Shown here: positions 41,766 through 58,204 of the stretch, piece by piece
Position numbering within the stretch: the first letter of the stretch is position 1
Layout of the letters: every line of letters begins with the position of its first letter
From: the human T2T-CHM13v2.0 reference genome, Homo sapiens
Reading direction: 5' to 3' (one strand)
Assembly: GCF_009914755.1 (NCBI RefSeq)
Contig: NC_060942.1
Length of the DNA: 64,000 nucleotides
Program-made: the position numbers and the translations under genes
The notes under the pieces: generated by a model
The model's database searches: none
What the model was told of the DNA's origin: nothing
The model's input: only the letters and a program-made list of their open reading frames with translations

Positions 41766-42535
41766 TCTATATTGAGTGGATCAGCTTATAATCCGTATGA
41801 ACAGATTAAGGAGCAGCTTTCGTTCCACCTTTTTATTCCACTGAATGTTTTTCTTAATGGATACACTGGAAAGTAATTTGGAAGAGCAGTTGATAAGAGA
41901 TGTACGATGTTAACTTGAGATTATAAGCACTTACATAGGCTTGATAGCTGTGACGTATTTTGGTTATTTTCCAGCCCATTCCCATATAATTTGATTTGCT
42001 GATTTAAGTAACACTCTTTGGTGTATTAACAACAACCTGAATAGTAATTTTAACCAAATGAAACAATTCTATTAGGAGAAACAGCAAAGATGAAAATTAC
42101 CGGAATCAGGCAGCTTCCAGTCATGATGCATGAGAACACACTCAACTTCTAACTTGTAACTTCTAAACAAATTCTGAACTGCTGAAAGTAACACACAGAG
42201 AATTATAGCACTGTATATACTTACACATGTATCAAGTTGCTAATAAAAAAGACACTGGTGCAGAACATTATTTGTAATGTCATTTACAGACACCAATTTG
42301 TATGCATTAATTGCTCCTCAACATAAATAATTTATAAATAAAATATTATTAGTTGGTTATGCATTTTAGTTCTTGGTTCTCTTGAGGAGTACGATTCTAT
42401 ATCAGTTTGCTCATTAGTGTTTGCACAGCCTGTGTCCTGAGGCTTCTCACTATAGTGGATTTACTCATTTAGTCAGTGCACTGGGTCCTCTAGATCCTCC
42501 ACTTAAATGTGTAAAAATGTATTTAAGAATGCTTC

Positions 42536-42923
42536 TATTATGAATTGAACGTTTGTGGCCCCACCAAATTTGTGAGTTGAAGCCTTCATAGTCACTGTGA
42601 CGGTATAGGAGATAAGCGCTTGGTAATTAGGTTACGTGAGGTCATGATGGGGGGTCCTCCATCCCTCATAATGGAATTAGTATCCTTAAAGAAGTAGAAA
42701 GAGAGACCCTTTTCTTTCTGAGAACACACAGAAGAGGTAACGTGAGCACATGGTGCCAAGGAGACCATCTGCAAGCCAGGAAGAGGGCCTTCCCTGAGTG
42801 CAGAAACTGCTGGCACCTTGATCTTGGACTCCCCAGACTCCAGAAATGTGCGCAATAAATATCTGTTGTTTATGCCACTCGATCTATGGTATTTTGCTAC
42901 AGCAGCCAGAGCTGACTAAGGCA
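42536..42923 (+). mobile_element. MLT1A-like solo LTR
   Basis: ccatctgcaagccaggaagagggcc; ctgctggcaccttgatcttggact; gcagccagagctgactaaggca end. Confidence 0.9.
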
Positions 42924-43408
42924 GAATCTACCTTTTAGAAGCCAACAAAGAGTGCCTTGAGCAACAAGACATGTTTTTGAATGTCAAAACAAAAGGACTG
43001 ATGAAGATTATTTTATTTCCACTGAAAGCGACTTCATTCTATGAGTTAGTGTTTAGGTCCTATAATAAAATATATCTTATTTTACGAAAATAATTGTGTC
43101 AAGTGTGTTTTTAACAGATATCTGAGGAATAAAAGGAATCAAAACTACTTCAGTCAAAGTAATATTCAAAGTATCTTGGGGATTAAAAATGTTTGGACTT
43201 TCAGTTTCAGCTCAGAAATGTAGAAAGCTAGAAAGAGTGCTGCTCCCACTCATACAAAAATTACATAAAAAGAAGTTGGGCAATATGCATATTAGTGATT
43301 TTCTTAAGCCATTAGAAAACTGAGAATGCATGCCAACCAAGTAAGCTGAAATCTGGGGAGATACAGGCACTTATGTGGATCCCCCACAAAATCCCAACTA
43401 TTTGATGC

Positions 43409-43585
43409 CAGACAGATTGAGCTAATTAAATTGTGCAATGCAGAATGAAAATGCAGGGCCCTTGTTTACAAATTATTAAGAATTTCAAGACAGAAACTGC
43501 AGATGATTTGATTAAGTGTGGGCCATTTTAAACATGAGACTCTGGTGACTGCACATACCACACACCCATGAAGCCAGCTAAGCTG
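43409..43585 (-). mobile_element. MER45A (hAT-Tip100) MITE
   Basis: aatgaaaatgcagggcccttgtt...attattaagaatttcaagac...cacacccatgaagccagc. Confidence 0.85.
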
Positions 43586-45615
43586 CCACATGCCATATAA
43601 GTCAGTGGAAAGACGGAGCTAAGAATTCCTAAAGGCTGGATGTGAGGTTTTTAAATATACGATGGTTCTAGCGGTTGAAAATACAGGGAATCCGTGTATT
43701 TTGGGGAGTTTTCTTTCACACAAATCAAGCCAGGAGCTCACAGGAAAGATGGGGAAGAATCCTGATTTTTTTTTTTCTCTCTCATGGTGCTGTACAGGGA
43801 GAGGAAAATAGCAGGCACTGCTAACACCTCATTTAGCCCAGCTACTCCATGCCCCTGTAGAACAAAATATTTAATCTACAGGGGAAAGACCAACAAAAAC
43901 TCTCATGTAACGACACTGGCAGAAAACCATAAGAATGGGGATTAAAAAAACAAAAACAAATTTGCTAATGTAGAATTATTTATGCAGTATAATTACCATT
44001 TACATTGAAGGAGAAATAGTGTCTTTTTCAGACAAACACAAAAAGGAGAGATTCCGTTCCTAAAATACAGACTTTATAAGAAATTTCTCCAGACAGAAGA
44101 GACATTGTACCAGTCAGAAAGGTGGATCAGAACAAACCAATGAGTATTGAAAAATAGAAAAAAATAGTATTTTTTTATTTTAATTGCTTTAAAATGTTTC
44201 TTACTGTATAAAGAAAACAACAACAATGTAATAGTAAAAAGTATGAAAATAACATCACAAAGAATGGCAAGGGGGATTGGAAATATATTCTTATAAAGCT
44301 CTTATTCTATATGTAAAGTAGTATTATAGTATTTGAATGTAGAGTCAAATTAATGAACAATGTACAGTAAAGCAGAGGGAAATATCTAAAATGTCTTAAA
44401 ATAAAAAATAGACAAAAGTGGAATTAAATAAGTGAGACTCTATTTGTAAGATTAAAATAATATAAAATAAAATAAATACTTGAAAAATGTCAATTCTTCC
44501 AAGATTGATTTTTCTATTCAACATTATCCTATTAAAAATCCTAAGCAAATATTTCATTTTTTAGAAATAAGAAAGCTGATTACAAACTTTGTATGCAAAA
44601 GCAAAGGAATCAGAATATCCAAAACATTTCTAAAAAAACAAGTGGATGCTTCACAGTCCCTTATATTAGGAATTTATAATAGATCAATATTATAGGAGAG
44701 AAAAACAATTAGGAGACCTCTATCAGTATAGACACTGAATATATACACGGTTATGGGCAGAAAAGATAGCCTTTTCAGCAAATACTTCTGTAAAATTTGG
44801 AAGTATATATGCAAGAAATATAATAATGATGATAAATTAAAATAACCTAGAGGCATATTTCTGACCTTATAGGAAATTTAACTGAAAACTTGATTGATTG
44901 ATAGAGTATAAGTATAAAACTTCCAGAACACAAACATAGAAAAACATCTTTGTGCCCTTGATTTGGGTGATATTTTAGGTATAACATCAAATGTACATAT
45001 ATATGTATATACACACACATATATATACACACATATATGTGTGTATATTTTTTTAACTTTATCAAAAGTAATTCTGCTTTGTGAAAGACCCTATTGACAA
45101 AATGAAAAGACAAGCACACAGTAAGAGAAACTATTGCAAATAGATTATCTGATAAACAACTTATATTCAGAATATATGAAGTACCCTCATCTTAGTGGGT
45201 TAAAAAAGAAAAGCAAAAAAAAAAAATTAGAAAGGCACAAATATTAAACAGATACTTCACTAAAAAAGATACACGGGTATCACATAAGCACATCAAATAA
45301 TGCACAACGTTATTAAACATTAGGTAGATGAAAATTAAATTCACAATGAGATATCAGCAGACACCTATTAAAAAGACTAAAATCTAAGCTGACAATACAA
45401 AAGGCTGACATTATTAAAGAGTAACTGGAGCACATACATGTCTGGTAGAAATGTCAGTCAAATGCTACAGAAATGTTAGAAGGCAATTTTGCACTTCTCA
45501 GAAAGTCAAAATACACTTATCCATGACCCAGAAACCTCATTTGCAGATATTTACCCATTTACCTAAATTCTCTGAAAACATTTTCCCACAAAATATTTAT
45601 TACAACTTTATTTAT

Positions 45616-45865
45616 TTATTTATTTATTTTTTTTAGATGGAGCCTTACTCTATTGCCCAGGCTGGAGTGCAGTGGCACATGGCTCACTGCAACCTTTGCC
45701 TCCCGGGTCAAGTGATTTTCCTGCCTCTGCCTCCCGAGTACGTGAGATTACAGGTGCCCACCACCATGCCCAGCTAACTTTCGTATTTTAGTAGAGAAAG
45801 GGTTTCGCCATGTTGCCCAGGCTAGTTTGGCACTCCTGATCTCAAGTGATCTGCCCGCCTCGGCC
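45616..45865 (-). mobile_element. AluS, 5'-truncated by about 44 nt
   Basis: Ends at cccgcctcggcc; TSD tacaactttatttat (45601-45615) / tataaatttatttat (45866-45880). Confidence 0.92.
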
Positions 45866-46519
45866 TATAAATTTATTTATAATCAGTAAACATTGACATA
45901 ACCCACACATCTCTTAAGAAGTAAATGGATTAGAAAACTGCAGTGCATCCATGCAATGAACGACTAACTAATAATGAAAAATGTGAGCTACTGACTCAGA
46001 TATGGGGGAAGAATCTTATATGCATGTTGCCAAATGAAAGAAGCCACACCCAAAATGTGACATAGTGTCATAGTTTCATTTACACAACCTTCTAGAAAAG
46101 GCAAAACCATAGGACATATAACAGATCACAATAGTGCCAGTTATTGGGGATAAAGTAAGGAGTTGACTAGCAAAGGAACATTTTTAGAGTGTTGGAAGTG
46201 CTCAGTATGGTGCTGGGGTGGTAGACACATCACTCTGTTTTTTCGTTAATAGCCAGAGAACTCAGAAATGTTAACAGTGAATTTTACTGGGTGCAAATTT
46301 TTTAAATATCAAGCAAAAAAAAGTACTTAATTTTTAAAGAAGCTTTTTTATATTCAGTGTGATGATTCTATATTTAGGTATTCTTTTTGAAAAATTAAAA
46401 AGGTCATATACAATTTTTCTATGTCAGAAAATGAAGTATCCTCAAAACTTAATTTCTTTTTGAACTAAGGAAAGAAGTTTGAAATGCCAAATTCAAGACT
46501 TAAAATTAAACAATTTTTT

Positions 46520-46712
46520 CGTTGTTCAATTCCCACCTATGAGTAAGAACATGCGGTGGGAGGATGGGGGAGGGATAGCATTAGGAGAAATACCTAATGT
46601 AAATGACGAGTTAATGGGTGCAGCAAACCAACACGGCACATGTATACATATGTAACAAACCTGCACGCTGTGCACATGTACCCTAGAACTTAAAGTATAA
46701 TAAAAAAAAAAA
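46520..46712 (+). mobile_element. Very short L1PA (about PA4-PA5) 3' end with 5' inversion
   Basis: 46520-46558 is antisense L1 3' UTR (gttcaattcccacctatgagt); then sense gggatagcattaggagaaatacctaatgtaaatgacgag...aacttaaagtataataaaaa. Confidence 0.9.
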
Positions 46713-46790
46713 CAACATTTTTTTGAATTTAAAAAAATCATGATAGGCAACGTCATAGGTATATCATTTGGGGAGTAATCATCTGGCTTC

Positions 46791-47093
<303 letters not shown>

Positions 47094-47146
47094 CATCTGG
47101 CTTATTTCTAAGCTGAATGATGTTAGACATTTCCAAACATATGAAT

Positions 47147-47181
<35 letters not shown>

Positions 47182-47309
47182 TATTTTTAACTGCCTTTTG
47201 CTAATCAGTGATTCTGATTTTCCTTAAGTTGTTTAAACATAGTATAGAATTGTTCAACAAAATGAATAAGAATTAGAACTGAAACATTTTCAAATTTATT
47301 CTTCGATGT

Positions 47310-48342
47310 GATCTCTCAGGCATTCAGCACTGTTGATTTCCACTACCTCTAGACTACCTTGGCTTCCACAGTCTAATTTTACATACTCTTGGTCTCCTAA
47401 TGACCACTTGTATGTATTTCACCTTCCATGTCTCATGGATATTGTAAACACAATGTCTCCAAGACCACAGTAATTTTACCTTCTCTCTAAAGCATGCTCT
47501 TATTCTTATATACTAGTGTACCATCATCCATGATCTATTCCATAAATTCTGTTTTCCCCTCTTGTTGTACCCATATCTCATCTATGAAAAAGTCAATATT
47601 CCTTTTCATGTAAATGTAATTCTTTCCACCTTTGCTAATTCAATGGAATCAGGTTTATGTCTCGCCTTATTTGAATTGCTACAATGTTCTCTAAAGTGTT
47701 CTTATCTTTCCACAGTCACTAGAATGTAATAGAAACAGCTAATTTCCCTACTTTAAAAATATACCATATCTCCACATCTTCTAAAACAGAAAAGCTTGAC
47801 TCTCTAAGGTTGTTACACAAGCCTCCCCACTCCCACAATGTGTTTTCTGTCTCAGTAATTCCATCTCTTGCCATCTCACATTTACCTCCCTTAAATCTTC
47901 ATATTTTAAATTTATTTGATATTAAACTACTTGCTCAATATCTATCATGATTCATTTGTTCACCTTATCATTAGATAACAGTAGTAAATATTCATTATTT
48001 GCCCCTTTTGCATTTGCATCTTGCTTTATCTGAAATACCAACTCCCTGCTCTCTGCTTAAATGATCCATTCTAAGAAATGCCTTTCCTGATGATGTCATC
48101 TCAAAGAAATTCCTATTATCTACCTCTTTTAATTTGTTTACATCATCCTATTTGTATCTTCACTGCAATTATTACAAATGTAAATGTATCTCTGTCGTTC
48201 ATTTGTTTAATTATTATCTTTCTGCTTTCATTAGAATACATATTACCTGAAGTTAAGAGTCTTACATGTCTTCATAAACAACCTATTTACCAAGACCCAG
48301 AATAGTACATGACATATAGTAGGCATAAACAAATATTTGGGC
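47310..48342 (+). mobile_element. L2 (L2a-like) 3' portion, followed by a poly-A run at 48343-48370
   Basis: gcattcagcactgttgat...cttggcttcca; 3' terminus catatagtaggcataaacaaatatttg. Confidence 0.7.
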
Positions 48343-48468
48343 AAAAAAAAAAAAAAAAAAAAAAAAAAAAGAAAAGAAGGATGGAAGAGAAGGTGGGGGG
48401 AAGGAGGAAGTGCTGGTTTCTTAGTATGCCTTTAACATGTTAGTTTGCTTTTCGGCTACCATGCTGGA

Positions 48469-48891
48469 TATATTAGTCTGTTCTTGCACTGTTATAAAGA
48501 AATACCTTACACAGGGTAATTTATAAAGAAATGAGGGTTAATTAGCTTAAGATTCTGCAGGCTGTTCGGGAAGCATTATCTTGGCCATTTGCTCAGCCTC
48601 TGGAGAGACTTCAGGAAACTTACAACCATGGCAGAAGGCAAATGGGAAGCAGATTTGTCTTTCATGGCCAGAACAGAAGGAAGAGAAAGATGGGGGAGGT
48701 GCCACACACTTATAAACAACCAGCTCGCCTGAGAATACTATCACAGGAACAGCACCAAAGGGATGGCGCTAACCCATTCACGAAGGAGCCACCCCCACGA
48801 TCCAATCACCTCCTATCAGGCCACACCTCCAACACTGGGGATTATAATTCAACATGAGATTTGGGTGGGGACACAGATCCAAATCATATCA
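48469..48891 (-). mobile_element. MSTA-like MaLR solo LTR
   Basis: attagtctgttcttgcactgttataaagaaatacc...gagatttgggtggggacacagatccaaatcatatca. Confidence 0.92.
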
Positions 48892-50875
48892 TTGAATTGC
48901 TAATAATAAGCTCTGAAGAATTGTTCTCTAAGTATACTTGAAAATATATAAACATTTTATAGGCATAGTTTTCTATCTTCTGCAAAGATAATCTCACCAA
49001 ATAATTCCTTTATTAGCTTATTTTCCCCTTCTTTAACTATAGAGTCATAGTTAGAATAAGGGAATAACTAGAAAATGTATCATTTTGGCCCTCTGAAATT
49101 TTGTCCACCTGGTTGCAACTAAGCTTGTATGTATTTGTGATGCTCCAGGGGTCATATGGACGTATATTAAACATTGGAAATTGTAGAGATGTATGTTTGT
49201 TTTCATTTACCCCCTGATGCTTATGTTTATGTCCTATTTCTGCCCCTAATTAAGAGTGTGTTTCCTTTATTAAGAAAATAATGGGAAAGCTTAGGCTCAT
49301 ATAGAATTACTAATGGATGATATTGAATCTCCAGCTTAACTAGATAAATCTATGTTTTAAACCCTACTCTTATCTTGGACTTTATAATCATTTAACTGCA
49401 CTCACTTTTCTCAGCCTTTTTCTAATCTACCTTGGGTTATCATTTACTCATTATCATTATGTTAGTTAACAGAATTGAAGAAATGTCATGAAAGCTGTAA
49501 TATTTTCCAATAAATAAAGTGTAAGTAGACCTTTTGATATGAGTTATTTTGGTCCTCATAAATTAGGCCTCTTGAAAGATAATATTTCAACCAAAAATGG
49601 ATATTTTTCTGTCAGTGAAATAAAAAAAGAAAAGATGAGTACACCTAATGGCAGGTTTTTTATGAATGCTCTAATATCTGTCAGCTCTGAGGAATGAGGA
49701 AGCAGGAGTCTGTTTTAAACCCACAACTCTCTTGTGTCTGAAAGTATTCAATAGCTTACTCAGCCTGAACAATTTATTATTTTGAAGCCTACTCCATAAA
49801 ATGACAAGATTAAATTATTCAGTCAATATTGCAGTGTTGGCTTCTGTCATGGATGTATTTAATTTAATAAAAAAACATTGAATGCCCCATTTATCATACG
49901 GTTACCATTTTATACACTGCATTTGTTGACACCATCTCTTTTTTTTTCTTGGCATTGAGAACACTAATTAATTCATGACTATGATATATCATCCACAGTA
50001 AGTGTCCCTAGAGCTCTGGCAGGTTAAAAAACTGGTCAAATATATATCTACTAATAATATTTATCATTGTACTTAATAGCATTACATGTGATAATATAGG
50101 GATTCTTTAGTAAGCAGAGTCTATAGAACAATTCTGTTATTATTTATTCTTTAGTATAGTCTCTGAATTGCTATGTGTTTATAACACACTTCAAGGTCTC
50201 CTATATGTACAACACTATGCCCCTGGAGGAAATTTCTTTCAGATATTAGGTTATAGTATATAACACTGAGCTATGTAAGTTTAGGAGTAAAAATGATCTT
50301 TTTTCAGTTCTTTTGTCTGTGCATTTTGAAAAAAATTAAAATTGACTTTTATTATTTAAATCAGTGAATAACTCTTTCTAGCTTTTTTTTCCCCCCTGTA
50401 CTCAGGTACTGTTTAATTCCAGTGTTCTTAAAACAGATCCCACTGTCATTTTCCAAATTCTTGAAACTTATATGTAGAAATAACCATTTCATTTTCAGGT
50501 AGAAGATGAATAGCCCAGTATTTAGTGAGGAAACAAAAATAGTTGTACAAATCTATTTTCCCTAATATTTTGAGCATACACAAATATTTTAACTATTCTA
50601 CTAAAAACAACTTCCCATTGCACAATAATCTTTACGGAAAAAGGATTTTCATTTGAGTGCTGATAGCCAGTATCCAAATTAAATTTCTTTAAAAATATAA
50701 AATAATTGAAGTTACTGGCCATTCTAACTGCATAGGGGATAAATTCCTTTTATATATTGTGAATGTGGTCAAATGTTTGAATATCTAAGTAAAAATTTTT
50801 AATGTTCTGTCTTTCAGGCTAGTTTTTATTCATGTGTTCATGAATAGTGAATAGGACCTTTGTTGTTACTGTTCT

Positions 50876-51064
<189 letters not shown>

Positions 51065-54000
51065 CTGTTCTTGTTTTTTAAAAATCTTTCTCAAGCTTGC
51101 TTGTTTAGCATAAAGCTTCAGAACCTAGGTCCCAAGATATATTAATATAGCCGTTCAGTGGGCATCCAAGGTGATTCTCCTGCAAGTGGTTTGCAGACGC
51201 TATGAGAAACAAGTCTCTAAACCACAGTATCATCTCTGGAATATTTATATTTTTATTACATTTTTAAGTAGTCATCCAAAAATCTAGAAATTGTATTTTC
51301 CAAAAGTAAACTTTTTACAAATTATAAGTCTAAGTCTGTTATATCCTACACAAGCCAACTTCACCTCCTTCTATCAGCACCCTAATCCCTTAAAAATATA
51401 TTCCCAAGTGAATCTGCTTCCATGGTAAGAAAAGTGACATATTTTCCTACTTTCCTCATATTCGTTTTTCAATGTTCATGCAGCTTCCTGAATTTCGATA
51501 TAAAAATGTCATAAAAGTGTAAGTAAAGAAACTATGAACAGGTGAAAACAGTGAGACACAAAACTATAAATAAAAATAAGGGGAAATATTTGCTTTCATT
51601 GGACAATGAAATAAATAGAAAAGCATAGCTAAGGAGATGGTCTTAGTGCAGACATGGGGAAGGCCTAACACTAAGGTGATGGCAAATTCTTAGAGAATGA
51701 TGCTTTACTGTTCCTGGGTTTCCAGTTATATAAGACACCCGATGATAACAGATAATGCCAACTGAAATTCTGAAAAAAAGCTGAATGACAAGCCCTGAGG
51801 AACAACTATATTGAAGAATAGAAAAAGTCATTTTTGAGTAAAGTTGATCATATTTTATTTTGCTTTCACACTTGTTCATGTTAACTATAATCTTCTGAGT
51901 TCAGCAATTGACTGCTTAGAGTAATAAAATGGAGTGATTTGGGGACTATAAATATTTGAGATTTTTTTAAAAGTGGATTTCTAGTTTAGAGGGACATTTT
52001 CATCATTTCCTTTTGAATATACAGAAGCAAGAATAGTTTTATGTTATCAAATGCTTATGAACCTTATAGCCTCATTCTTTTTGGATATCATAGAAGAAAA
52101 TCAATAAAAAGATAGATACAAAGTCAAACTATCCTGCCATCAAGATGAAGCATTGCCCTCTTTAAGTGCATTTGTAAGTTGTGGCATAAAATGGATCATA
52201 AAAGTTTTGGTGTATTATTTATATGGAGACAGCTTTCCTGTCTCATAAACTCTTACTTTGCTTTCAGTGCACTGGGAAACAAGGAAGCCTAGAAGAGGCA
52301 CTAAGAGGTATTGTGTAAGAGTGTTTATTGATTCAGACAAACTTTCTAAAGTCCATTCTCAGTCATGCTGCAGGATTGCACGTTTTTCATCGGATTGGTT
52401 GGAGGGTGACTCTCAAGGCTATGACCTGGCCTCCTGATCGTCAGCTTGTCAGTGAGGTTCGGCATTACCTGAAAAAGCTACAGTGCATTGATGGTGCCAC
52501 ATAGAAACAGTGCTCCAGCAATGTGTTGTTAAATAGCACTGAGGTTTAGCTATCCTGTGCCTGCTCAATGCATTAACCATTCAGCTCAATGCTTTTACAC
52601 CAAATACTAAATCATTTCAAAAGCCATCCTTGTCATTACAAATTAGCATGTCAGAAACTAGTAACACTATCAATTAGTGAAGTAATGGTAATGTCTGTGA
52701 ATGTCCAGTTTTTACTTGTCATCTTATATTCTTCAGCATCTCATGTCATAACTGGTAAAACTACATCCACCCTTTTTCCACAATTCCTTCATACCAAGAG
52801 TTTGAAGATTTCAAAAAATTGATGCTTCATTGGAAAGGTTGAACAAAAACAGCATAACATGTTTCTATAAGAAGTCCATTCCACTTTCTGCCTTGAATCA
52901 TGTGCTCTTGATTAAACAACACTATTTTAGAAATGAAAGGTTAGTTTTGACCAAAACCAAGTTTTGCTTTTCAATACTACACATGAAAGCTGCTGAAATG
53001 TCAGATATTTAAAAGGGGTTTATTTTAATTAATGATGCTTCTTAATGGGACATTAACAAAAATTCTACTGTTTGTCCTGTAAAAACAATATTAAACTTCC
53101 CTTAGCATAGGTAGATATTAAGAGAGATGGATAGATTGATAGAGTGAGATGTCAGAAGATCCCCTAGAATTATGAAAATTACTACTTACAATTATGTAAT
53201 TTATTTAAAATGCATTTCACAATTTAACTATATCCTCTTTCAAAAAGTGAAGAAAACAAAGCATGAAAAATAAATGGTTTTTATTCCCATTGATTTGAAT
53301 CGAAGGCAGATGTGTTTGTACCTTTAAATGTATTTATATATTCAGTCATATAAGTTCAAGGCTTTTCCACAATGTTGAAACTAAACAATAGAGCTGCTGC
53401 TAACTGTTAAGTCCATAGTAGTTTATTACCTTCATCAAATTACATTCATGACTACTTAATGAAAGTCAATCAGTGTACCTTGCAGGGTATGGAGTCAGAG
53501 GTTATGTGATACTCATAGCACTAATGACTTCCTGTCTGCCATGTTGAGGAACAGAGCTAAGGTCAGGTGAAATAGGAAGAGAAAGCTGTTATACTTTAAT
53601 CGTTCTTCATTATCCATTTCATACATTATGAATGAATATATTGGAAAATTCAGAAAGTTGCATGCTATTTCAAGTAAGAATGTCTAAATACTGATACAAA
53701 GTTATACAAAAGACTTGGAAAGAAAAACCCATTTTGCCATCTCATGGCTTTGTCAAACTAAATTCATGGGTACGAAACATATAAAAGGCAATTTAGTTCA
53801 CAACTTAATAACTCATCGTGAGGGAAATGAAAAGTTGATCAGTGTTTATAGCACTTTCAAAAGCATATAGTAAATTTCCTGTTAAGCAAAAATTGACTCA
53901 GTTAATGATGCATCCATGCTTTTTGCTTGTTCTTCCCTTTTTTAACCACTCCCCGCCTTAGAAAAAAAAAAAAACAACTCAAATTTGGTTATTGTCTTCT

Positions 54001-54097
54001 GTGAGAGAATAGTAGACATTTTTAAAAGATCAAACTAAAGGAATCAATTTTATTGCTGGAAAGAATCAATGACCAGGAAGTTTTAAGAATTATGTAA

Positions 54098-54129
54098 TAT
54101 ATATACCCACACACACACATATGTGTGGG

Positions 54130-54171
<42 letters not shown>
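54098..54171. repeat. (CA)n microsatellite preceded by a short inverted repeat
   Basis: Directly visible. Confidence 0.9.
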
Positions 54172-55004
54172 GTTTTTGGGAAGTGTGTCAAAAGTCAAAA
54201 ATAAATACTGGGGTCCTCAAAATATTATTTTCTTTTTTTCTCAGTTATATGTTGATTCAGTCGTTCAGGTAACACCCATACACCCATTGGCCACTGACCT
54301 ATGGCCAACTTTGAGCTGCTCCTGAGCAGGTAAAGATGAAAAAGCCAATGCATTATCCACTGAAGTTAAAAAAAATATATAGTTCGTGGTTACCTAAGAT
54401 TAGTGACTAGACGTTTACCCAGCAGCTAATGGAAACACAGAGGAAAAATCAGTTTTAGATGGTGATTGTTGTCAACATCTTAATATAGAAAATATTTCAC
54501 CAAAATATTTTTCTGGAAATTTCCTTTTCTTCCAAATACACTGTATCTAAACTACAATATAACTGTTAAAAAATATCCTTTCTGATCCTTCTTAATTTAG
54601 TTTTTAGAACTATGTTTGAGTATATTAAGGAAGTAAGAAATTGGGCTAGTTTTTATTTTCAAAATGTTTTTGTATCCTCTGTCTTTAATCAATGATTCTG
54701 AATCTGAGCTGTAATCTTGCAACATAGTCGTTAGTGGTTAGCATTTGTGTATTTTGAAAATGACAGTGTTATATGTGTTTAAGGCACAGTTCCTTAAAAT
54801 GATGATGCCATGTATTAGGAAAGTGTAGGGAAATGGGTATTAATTTATGCACAGTTTATGAGAGAGTATATGGGCAAACTTTACATAGCAAAAGTTATAG
54901 ATAGTCCAAGTAGGAAATCAGTTCTATATATTACAGTATGTTCATCCAAGGAATCTCACACAGATTTTAGGGAAGAGAGCTTATAATAGCATAGGGGATT
55001 ATTA

Positions 55005-55546
<542 letters not shown>

Positions 55547-56541
55547 AGAAAATTGTATGCTGTTGGGGAAAATGTTTGTAACATTGTATACAAATTTTTC
55601 TGTATTTTTGGTAAAGTACATTATGAATATAGTATATAGTCATATATAAACTGAAAAACTGAAAAACTTTATTCAAATGGACAATACCAGATCATATATG
55701 AAATAGATTTCTGACATGCAACTTCTACAGCAGTCAGCTCACAAAGGTCAGGATTTGGTAAATGGATGGCAGTTTTTCTAATTTTTGTCCATTTCCACAT
55801 TAGTACCAACTAGAGAAACTCAACTATGCTCCAGAAACCAACCACATAAGGTTTTTCTCATTAGCCACCTCCTGCTTTCCTAAGCCAGCAAGCCTGTCAG
55901 AGAACACCTGATGGCTTCTCTTTTGTTTTCCATGATGAAGCTTTTCACACCACGCTTGCCTTTGAGCTTTTGTCAAAGGCACGTGACTTGGTGGGTCCCT
56001 TTATACATAATTTCAATGGAATATTTACTCATTTACTTTTTAGCTGTTTGGAAGATTTATTCAGGAATCCATAAGGATGTTTGCTATTTCCTGTATGAAA
56101 CACTTAAAATAGAATATCCCACAGTTTATACATGCTTAACATTATAATATTTACTGATCTTTAGACACTTTACCATTGTAATATGAACACAAGCCCTAAT
56201 AGAGGGATGGTCTGTCATTCCACGTTAAATTTTCTGAATTTCTAAGAAATAACAGAAATCATTTTTGAGGAAGAAATTACATAATTTATACAGATAATCA
56301 TAAAATGTTGTGATTTTTATCATTGTTATAATAAAAGCCTATCCTCCTTTGTTAAATTATTTTAGATGGTCTTTAATAGAAAAGATTAGGAATGGTTATT
56401 GAATCAATAACATTGTTTCAGTTAGTTTTAATATAATCCTTATCATTTTGATTGTGGCCCTTACTACAGACTTCATATGTTAAAAAGATTTACATTTTTA
56501 TAATTCCCTAAAAATCATCTATTATTCTTTAATAATATTTA

Positions 56542-56925
<384 letters not shown>

Positions 56926-57460
56926 TTACTTTAACATGTGAACTAAGATGTGAGGAATTTGTGGCCATGTTTGTGTCCATATTTTTACTTCACTCTAGCC
57001 TCTTTATTGGCATCTTATGAGGTAGAGGGTAACATTTGTAGTTTTTGTTGATCAAAGGTTTATCTACACTATGCAAATTGTTAAACTGCCTTGGTTTTTA
57101 CTATCCTAACAAGAATATTGATCCAGTGTTAAAGTCAGTATTATAACCCAAATAAATAATTTTATGTTTTTAAATGATGAACCCTGTCTTTAATTTCATA
57201 ATGTTGGTCAGGTGGTCTGCAAAGATTTGTGTTCCTTTTTATAAAGTAGCCTTGTTCTGGAATGTGGCTGTCTAGCCAGTGACTACACTTTCTATTCCCA
57301 CTTGCATCTAGGTAAACTTAAGAATTTAATTCTGGCCAAAAACAAATTCAACTGTAAAGGAAAGCTTGTTAATTCTAGGCTTCACTTATAGAAAAATCTT
57401 CTAGGAATCTCCCATGCTGTTTCTCCCCTATGTGTGGGCAAAGTGAGGACATTCACAGTG

Positions 57461-58134
<674 letters not shown>

Positions 58135-58204
58135 TATTTTTTTTTGTTTTAATGCCTGCACAAAAGGTAAGAAAGGAAGGTAATTCTTTCTATTGATTTC
58201 TTAG

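Larger units (their letters stand above)
43195..46320 (+). mobile_element. Internally deleted old L1M(B/C), 5' UTR-like start through 3' end, with nested MER45A and Alu
   Basis: Collinear L1 motifs: ttttcagacaaacacaaaa (ORF1), attcagaatatatgaa, cacaatgagatatca, ccaaatgaaagaagccacac, ttctagaaaaggcaaaac. Confidence 0.7.

Noticed and set aside
48343-48370. Long poly-A as the tail of a processed pseudogene
   Set aside because: Follows an L2 3' end; no upstream mRNA-like sequence or TSD
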